IMG/VR virus record: IMGVR_UViG_3300010352_000284
Span: 16,443 to 80,442 of that record
Length of the DNA: 64,000 nucleotides
From: a virus
Taxonomy: Duplodnaviria; Caudoviricetes
Strand: one strand, 5' to 3'
In this document: piece by piece, positions 59,047 to 64,000 of the stretch
Numbering within the stretch: the first letter of the stretch is position 1
Layout of the letters: each line of letters begins with the position of its first letter
Notes under the pieces: generated by a model
The model's database searches: none
What the model was told of the DNA's origin: nothing
Seen by the model: only the letters and a program-made list of their open reading frames with translations
Made by a program: the position numbers and the translations under genes

Positions 59047-59093
59047 CTCGAGGAAAAGTTTCGCTTGCTATCAGACCAATCCCATAGTATATT
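59047..59093 (+). promoter_or_regulatory. Cassette promoter 1 (half motif + TTGCTA-17-TATATT)
   Basis: CTCGAGGAAAAGTT-27-TATATT. Confidence 0.7.
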
Positions 59094-59470
59094 GTCTATA
59101 GGAGCGTATATATCCGGCATAATGAGATATACAGGTATTCCGTTCTTAATGTTTCTGAATAGTATTGAATGTTAAAGTTAGTTTTGTTTTCTTCAGGGTA
59201 ATCATTTTAATTTTTGTTTCATGAAAATTAATTTGGCGATACTGAGATTGAGTCTGATGAGTTTGAATGAATTGAAATTACTTTTGTTGAGCGAATGAAT
59301 TTGGAATTGAATTTAAATATATTGAAATGAATTAAAGATAGCATGATGAAAAATAATGAAAATGAATTGAATTGAAAAGAAATTAATTTGGTGGAGGTGT
59401 GGTTGGATGAGTGGGGATGAAGATGATGAACATGGTGTTTGGAGGGGCTTGACGGTCTACCCCCGGTCGC

Positions 59471-59526
59471 CCTTTCAGATTCGAGGAAAAGTTTGGTTTG
59501 GTTTCTAAGGGGTTTTTGGTTATATT
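59471..59526 (+). promoter_or_regulatory. Cassette promoter 2
   Basis: CCTTTCAGATTCGAGGAAAAGTT-27-TATATT. Confidence 0.7.
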
Positions 59527-59574
59527 TAATGCTTGTTGATAGAGAGTGTTTCCATTAACCAAGGAGTAATTACC

Positions 59575-59829
59575 ATGAAGTATTTGATTTCTTTGTTTTC
59601 CGTATTTTTCATTTTTCTGTTGTCTTCCTGTTCCGATGCGGATGTTGCTTCTCGGAATTTGTCTCGTGATGCTGATTATTTCAACATTAATCGTCGCATA
59701 GTATTTTACAACGGGTTAGAAATGGTTCGTGTTTTCTTGTTGCGTCGGCCTTTCAGATTCGAGGAAAAGTTGGTGTTGTTTTCTCCAACTATATGTATTA
59801 GATTGTATATGTCTGAAGGAGGACGATGA
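59575..59829 (+). pseudogene. Phage lipoprotein, apparently truncated by the promoter cassette
   Basis: Lipobox LSSC, SDADVASRNLSRDADYFNINRRIVFYNG, after which the frame runs through promoter 3. Confidence 0.55.
59749..59804 (+). promoter_or_regulatory. Cassette promoter 3
   Basis: Motif-27-TAGATT. Confidence 0.7.
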
Positions 59830-59993
59830 TGCTCAAGATTTTCAACTATCAGAATGTGTTTTTCGTAACGTCTGCCTTGCTTCTTGGGGTATTGGTCATT
59901 CTTTCCTGTTCTTCGGTTCCTACTGGTCGGGTTTCTGTCTCGGTGGAATCTTGGGAGAATGATTTTATGATGATTGAATATGGTGGTCGTTAA
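59826..59993 (+). CDS. 55-aa membrane/lipoprotein-like peptide (not in track)
   Basis: SD AGGAGG; hydrophobic stretch ending ILSC. Confidence 0.5.
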   Translation: MMLKIFNYQNVFFVTSALLLGVLVILSCSSVPTGRVSVSVESWENDFMMIEYGGR

Positions 59994-60178
59994 CGAGGCC
60001 ATATAGGAGGTATTTTTGAAATATCTCTGTTGAAAAGAACTCTCACGAAGGAATTGAACTTTGAATAAAATGTTGAAGTAGCTGAATGGGAAACCAGATA
60101 GCGAAAAGACCAAAATGAAGGACGTGGAAGACATTTTCCCTTTGCTTTGAGTGTTTGAATCGTTTTTCATTTTGCTTA

Positions 60179-60208
60179 ACTCCCATAGGTGCAACTGTGG
60201 GAGTTTTG
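60179..60208 (+). terminator. Intrinsic terminator-like hairpin
   Basis: ACTCCCATAG/CTGTGGGAGT + TTT just before promoter 4. Confidence 0.55.
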
Positions 60209-60222
60209 ATTTAGAGAACTTG

Positions 60223-60278
60223 CCTTTCAGATTCGAGGGAAAGTTTGATTAGGAAAGATGGTCACAATACAGTATCTT
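60223..60278 (+). promoter_or_regulatory. Cassette promoter 4
   Basis: Motif (GAGGGAAAGTT variant)-27-TATCTT. Confidence 0.7.
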
Positions 60279-60323
60279 CAATGTGTGAGGAGAATGTTTC
60301 TTCCACGAATCAGGAAAACTCAA

Positions 60324-60620
60324 ATGAAGCTTGCAGAAATCTTTGCGGAAAAGGTTAAGGAGTTTGAAAGGAACACTCTGGAAACTCAAATTCAGGAAAA
60401 GAAGAATGAAATCGTAGCCAAGTGTTTAAAGATTGCCGAACAGGGAGGAAACAATATTCGGATTTTTGTTGAAATGATGGTTCCTCGTAGTTGGAATGGC
60501 GGTGAAGAGAGGTGTTCCGTCGTCCCTATTCTAATTCTTCCAGGGATTCTCGAATGGCTTTCTTTGGAAGGGTTTGAAGCGATTGAACTACCTAACAACG
60601 GTATTGCGGTTTCCTGGTGA
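60324..60620 (+). CDS. Hypothetical protein
   Basis: MKLAEIFAE...; AGGA upstream. Confidence 0.55.
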   Translation: MKLAEIFAEKVKEFERNTLETQIQEKKNEIVAKCLKIAEQGGNNIRIFVEMMVPRSWNGGEERCSVVPILILPGILEWLSLEGFEAIELPNNGIAVSW

Positions 60621-60670
60621 TTTCAATATGGAGGGATTTGATTCTCTCCATTTTTCTTTTTTCGGTTCGG

Positions 60671-60726
60671 CCTTTCAGATTCGAGGAAAAGTTTGTCTTC
60701 CATCATTCCTATTTTCACCATATATT
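60671..60726 (+). promoter_or_regulatory. Cassette promoter 5
   Basis: Motif-27-TATATT. Confidence 0.7.
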
Positions 60727-60732
60727 AAGACT

Positions 60733-61017
60733 ATGAAATACATCATCACTTTAGTTCTTGGCGTCATTCTCGGTTGGTATCTTTGCTCTCATTTCAACAA
60801 GCTCAAGCACTCTGTTGAAAAGAAGAGGGAAGCGATTGTATCTTCTGTGGTGACTTCTGTTGTCTCTGAGATGGCTAATGGAAGTCTTGAATCTGTTGGA
60901 AAAGGGGTAGACCAGTTTGGAAAGAAGATGATTGATGATAGTTTTGAAAATGTTGGGAATGCGAGAATCAAGATTGACACGAACAAGGTGATTGAGCTTT
61001 CGGAATTGGGGGAATAA
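60733..61017 (+). CDS. Small membrane-anchored protein (probably leaderless)
   Basis: MKYIITLVLGVILGWYL; ATG 6 nt after the -10 box. Confidence 0.55.
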   Translation: MKYIITLVLGVILGWYLCSHFNKLKHSVEKKREAIVSSVVTSVVSEMANGSLESVGKGVDQFGKKMIDDSFENVGNARIKIDTNKVIELSELGE

Positions 61018-61020
61018 GAA

Positions 61021-61287
61021 ATGAACACCGTCACAACTTTACATAATGGCAAGAGTAAGGAAGTGAAAAATTTAGGTTGGTTTTTGCGCCATTCTAAATA
61101 TGTTACATACATTCAATTCAAGAAGATTGCGGGAATGCGGTATGATGGAATTTTGATTGTTACATTTTCCATTGGTTCAAATGTTCCGACTCATGAATAT
61201 CGTTCTGAATTTGGAAGTTTTGAATTGTTAAAAGATTTGATTCAACGTAGTCAGTGGCTTCGCGGAATGGACATTGTTGAAATCTGA
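61021..61287 (+). CDS. Hypothetical protein
   Basis: 88-aa ORF following the previous gene. Confidence 0.55.
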   Translation: MNTVTTLHNGKSKEVKNLGWFLRHSKYVTYIQFKKIAGMRYDGILIVTFSIGSNVPTHEYRSEFGSFELLKDLIQRSQWLRGMDIVEI

Positions 61288-61595
61288 AATAGGGAAATGT
61301 TAAAACCATGATATTAAAAACGAGGCTAACAATGAAAACAATTAAGTATCGTATCACTTGAAATTTTCCTGGTTGTCCCATTTCGCGAAGGAAGTTGGAA
61401 AATGGGCATTCTTTCATTTCTCAGATTCGGCAGAGATGTTTGGATTTGGGTGGTAAGAATGAAAAAAGAGAATCGTTGCTTCGGACTTGAATTATATTGG
61501 TGAATGGAATTTCCCAGAACCCGATATTGAAGAAATCAAAGAATTGTTGGAAGATTGTGGATACGAGATTCATTTGATTTGAACGAGGCCATATA

Positions 61596-61625
61596 GGAGG
61601 TGATTTGGATTCGCCTCCTTTTCAA
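61596..61625 (+). terminator. Hairpin terminator of the composite cassette boundary
   Basis: GGAGGTGA...TCGCCTCC + TTTT; a near copy lies at about 62070-62100. Confidence 0.6.
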
Positions 61626-61636
61626 ATGACTCTCAG

Positions 61637-61692
61637 CCTTTCAAACTCGAGGGAAAGTTTGCCTTCTCATGTTCAACAAAATATCGTATCTT
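61637..61692 (+). promoter_or_regulatory. Cassette promoter 6
   Basis: CCTTTCAAACTCGAGGGAAAGTT-27-TATCTT. Confidence 0.7.
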
Positions 61693-61716
61693 CTATATGT
61701 CTGAAGGAGGACAACA

Positions 61717-61980
61717 ATGCCAGCAAGTTACAAATCAGAAATTGTGAATTTTGAAACCGCGTCAAAGTTTCTTGGAATGAAAGACGAACGACTGCTTCCG
61801 AGGTGCAAGAATCTTCGCATCTGCCGAGAGTCTGGAAATATCGTCGTCCGGCTCTATGGTTCGACTATCGCAACATTTTTTCAAGACGGTACAGTAGACT
61901 ATTCATGCCAAAGTCAATACAGAAATTCAAAAACTACGAAGAGACATCGCGCCGCCTTTGGTGGTCCTTGGGAAATCTAA
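61717..61980 (+). CDS. Hypothetical protein
   Basis: SD AGGAGG; same TATATGTCTGAAGGAGGAC leader as 59826. Confidence 0.6.
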   Translation: MPASYKSEIVNFETASKFLGMKDERLLPRCKNLRICRESGNIVVRLYGSTIATFFQDGTVDYSCQSQYRNSKTTKRHRAAFGGPWEI

Positions 61981-62111
61981 ACTTTTCATATAATAATGTT
62001 CATAATTAGGAAATGTTATTCCAAAGCAAATATCACAATAAGAATTTTGATAGCTTTTCAATGAGCAATAGGAGGTGATTCGTGTTTGCCTCCTTTTCAA
62101 ACGACTCTCAG

Positions 62112-62167
62112 CCTTTCAGATTCGAGGAAAAGTTCGTCTTCTCATAGGGCAAGTTTCAAGTTATATT
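62112..62167 (+). promoter_or_regulatory. Cassette promoter 7
   Basis: Motif-27-TATATT. Confidence 0.7.
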
Positions 62168-62190
62168 CAATACATCAAGGAGACGTTCCA

Positions 62191-62394
62191 ATGTGGTCAA
62201 ATCAAGACGACGGTATTCTCAGACCATTCCACTACCTTGTGAATGTGGTTTGTTTTGACGGAACTTTCACCCAACGTAGGGAAACCATCTTCGTCATATC
62301 AGAAACCATTGGAATCAAACTTCTGGCAAATTGGAATCATGTATCCAATCTTCAGAAAACCATGCTCCCTTTGTACGAATATAGGAAGGCTTGA
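62191..62394 (+). CDS. Hypothetical protein
   Basis: SD AAGGAG, ATG62191. Confidence 0.55.
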   Translation: MWSNQDDGILRPFHYLVNVVCFDGTFTQRRETIFVISETIGIKLLANWNHVSNLQKTMLPLYEYRKA

Positions 62395-62396
62395 AC

Positions 62397-62543
62397 ATGA
62401 AGACGTATATTCATTTGAAGTCCGAGCGCGAAGATTGTTTTCAGACTCTTTCTCTCCAATTCAAGTTTGCGAAGAGGGACGGAGTTTCAAACGGAGCAAA
62501 TCCCAAATTCGTCCTTTTCAATTCTCGGAAAAGTATGGAATGA
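62397..62543 (+). CDS. 48-aa hypothetical protein (not in track)
   Basis: MKTYIHLK...; AGGAAGG upstream. Confidence 0.4.
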   Translation: MKTYIHLKSEREDCFQTLSLQFKFAKRDGVSNGANPKFVLFNSRKSME

Positions 62544-62618
62544 CAATGTGGATTCTGTGTTTGATTTTGAATATCATATCTACCTTGACTTGTTTTTTGA
62601 AGTAAGGAGAAAATAGAA

Positions 62619-62837
62619 ATGTATGTTGTGGTAAATGAAAAGAATCAGGGATTGAATGGATTTGACCAACATTCCGGCTATCCTGAATTCGTGACAGTGG
62701 AAAAGATGGATACGAGCATCAACATCAACATCTATTTCTCTGAACATGACGCGATTGTGGATGTGAATATGTGCCGTTGTCCTTGGTCAATTCCAGCAAA
62801 GGTAATTCTCCTTTCTGAATGGATTGAATCTCGGTAA
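62619..62837 (+). CDS. Hypothetical protein
   Basis: SD AAGGAG. Confidence 0.55.
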   Translation: MYVVVNEKNQGLNGFDQHSGYPEFVTVEKMDTSININIYFSEHDAIVDVNMCRCPWSIPAKVILLSEWIESR

Positions 62838-63087
62838 TAAAAACGAGGCCATATAGGGAGAATTTTAGAATGAGGTAGACCGAAAAATCTATCTCATTTC
62901 TTCATTTTCTATTTTCTAATTTTACCATACCCAAATGATATAAATTCGAGTTTCATTTTTCCCCAATTCCGTTCAAACCCGCATGAATACTGGCTTAGAA
63001 CAGATTTTGAGCATCGCATTTTTACCCCCATTTTTGTCACTTTCTGTCGTTCAAAATCAAAAATTTGGCATATTTTTTCGTTATCCG

Positions 63088-63143
63088 CCTTTCAGATTCG
63101 AGGAAAAGTTTGAATAGGTATTTTTGAAAGAGTGAAGTATATT
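63088..63143 (+). promoter_or_regulatory. Cassette promoter 8
   Basis: Motif-27-TATATT. Confidence 0.7.
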
Positions 63144-63183
63144 AAATCTGTAGGGAACGACCACCCTAAGAGGAGATATACAA

Positions 63184-63504
63184 ATGGATGCTACGCCTGA
63201 TAAGATCGTTGTTCAAGGAGTGACCTACGTTCCGGAGAGTTCGGTTGTCCAGACCGGCACCAAGAAGATTCTGGTGCTTCCCCGAGGCTGGGTCGTCATC
63301 GGAGACGTGTCTGAGAACAAGGAGACTGGGCTTGTTGAAGTCCGGAACGCCAGCACGATCCGTCGTTGGGGAACCACGAAGGGTCTCGGGGAACTGGTGA
63401 ACGGGCCAACGTCCAACACGGTGCTGGACAAGATTCCCGGACTTGTTGAAGTTCACCCGCTCAACATCATTCAGAGGATCACTGTCAATGCTAGCAAGTG
63501 GTGA
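63184..63504 (+). CDS. Conserved-looking phage protein (RGWVVIG..IRRWGTTKGLGEL..GP)
   Basis: SD GAGGAG; GC-richer codon usage than its neighbours. Confidence 0.7.
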   Translation: MDATPDKIVVQGVTYVPESSVVQTGTKKILVLPRGWVVIGDVSENKETGLVEVRNASTIRRWGTTKGLGELVNGPTSNTVLDKIPGLVEVHPLNIIQRITVNASKW

Positions 63505-63835
63505 TTTTGGCGAGTTTGACTCGGTGACCTTCGCCAAGGATGGCGATGGCTCTGGCTTTGGCTATGGCTCTGGCGATGGCTCTGGCTTTGGCTATGGCTC
63601 TGGCGATGGCTCTGGCGATGGCTCTGGCTCTGGCTCTGGCTATGGCTCTGGCTATGGCGATGGCTCTGGCTATGGCGATGGCTCTGGCTATGGCGATGGC
63701 TCTGGCTATGGCGATGGCTCTGGCGATGGCTCTGGCTATGGCGATGGCTATGGCTATGGCTCTGGCTATGGCGATGGCTCTGGCTTTGGCTATGGCTCTG
63801 GCGATGGCTCTGGCTATGGCGATGGCTCTGGCTAA
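63488..63835 (+). CDS. Gly/Ser/Asp/Tyr-repeat protein (GDGSGY)n
   Basis: 6/12/18-nt units such as GGCGATGGCTCTGGCTAT; overlaps the upstream stop by 17 nt. Confidence 0.6.
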   Translation: MLASGDFGEFDSVTFAKDGDGSGFGYGSGDGSGFGYGSGDGSGDGSGSGSGYGSGYGDGSGYGDGSGYGDGSGYGDGSGDGSGYGDGYGYGSGYGDGSGFGYGSGDGSGYGDGSG

Positions 63836-63840
63836 GAATT

Positions 63841-63866
63841 TGGACCTTCGGGTCCATTTTCTTTTC
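63841..63866 (+). terminator. Intrinsic terminator with a C(UUCG)G tetraloop
   Basis: TGGACC-TTCG-GGTCCA + TTTTCTTTT. Confidence 0.85.
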
Positions 63867-63874
63867 GTTATCAG

Positions 63875-63930
63875 CCTTTCAGATTCGAGGAAAAGTTTGA
63901 ATAGGTATTTTTGAAAGAGTGAAGTATATT
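63875..63930 (+). promoter_or_regulatory. Cassette promoter 9
   Basis: Motif-27-TATATT; start of the duplicated unit. Confidence 0.7.
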
Positions 63931-64000
63931 AAATCTGTAGGGAACGACCACCCTAAGAGGAGATATACAAATGGATGCTACGCCTGATAAGATCGTTGTT

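Larger units (their letters stand above)
63087..64000 (+). repeat. Direct repeat, period 787 bp
   Basis: 63087-63213 is identical to 63874-64000 (127 bp, to the window end). Confidence 0.9.

Noticed and set aside
59706-60194. 162-aa - strand ORF
   Set aside because: It crosses two promoter/terminator elements and opposes + strand genes with strong SDs.
63488-63835. Ice-nucleation protein
   Set aside because: Lacks the AGYGSTxT 8/16/48-residue periodicity and is far too short.
63471-63914. ORFs 63471..63857 (-, SQSHRH repeats) and 63540..63914 (+, MAMALA repeats)
   Set aside because: Alternate-frame shadows of the stop-free Gly-repeat DNA; no RBS, and they cross the terminator.
59471-63930. 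CRISPR array based on the recurring CCTTTCAGATTCGAGGAAAAG repeat
   Set aside because: Spacing is irregular (about 280-980 bp), the intervals contain genes, and each copy is tied to a -10 box; no cas genes seen.
1-64000. tRNA, rRNA or tmRNA genes
   Set aside because: No cloverleaf or T-loop (GTTCRAATC-type stem context) recognised by eye; tRNAscan-SE or Infernal would be needed to exclude them.

Overview
A 64 kb AT-rich segment of a large, divergent T4-like myovirus, in three zones. (1) 1-39.5 kb, + strand: late/morphogenesis module with small and large terminase, neck gp14, gp15, sheath, tube, tail chaperone, two tape-measure-like paralogs, baseplate gp53/gp27/gp5/gp25/gp6, a 2.5k-aa gp7-like adhesin, a YadA-like fibre, gp3 and PhoH. 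It also carries two glycosyltransferases, a kinase-like gene and a GIY-YIG homing endonuclease, with T4-like TAAATA late promoters. (2) 39.5-58.5 kb, mostly - strand: NAD+ DNA ligase, a MazG-like gene, two radical SAM genes and a long translationally coupled array of about 35-40 microproteins (44-80 aa). These share an MKI-x-L-(R/K) start and a K-R-L end around unrelated middles; some are pseudogenised, and late-promoter islands interrupt the array. (3) 58.5-64 kb: a low-complexity divergence region, then small cassettes each headed by the same ~22-bp motif exactly 27 nt upstream of a -10 box (10 copies, including a back-to-back pair), ending in a 787-bp duplication. I recognised no tRNA, CRISPR array or reverse transcriptase. 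All family calls are from motif recognition by eye; no database search was run.
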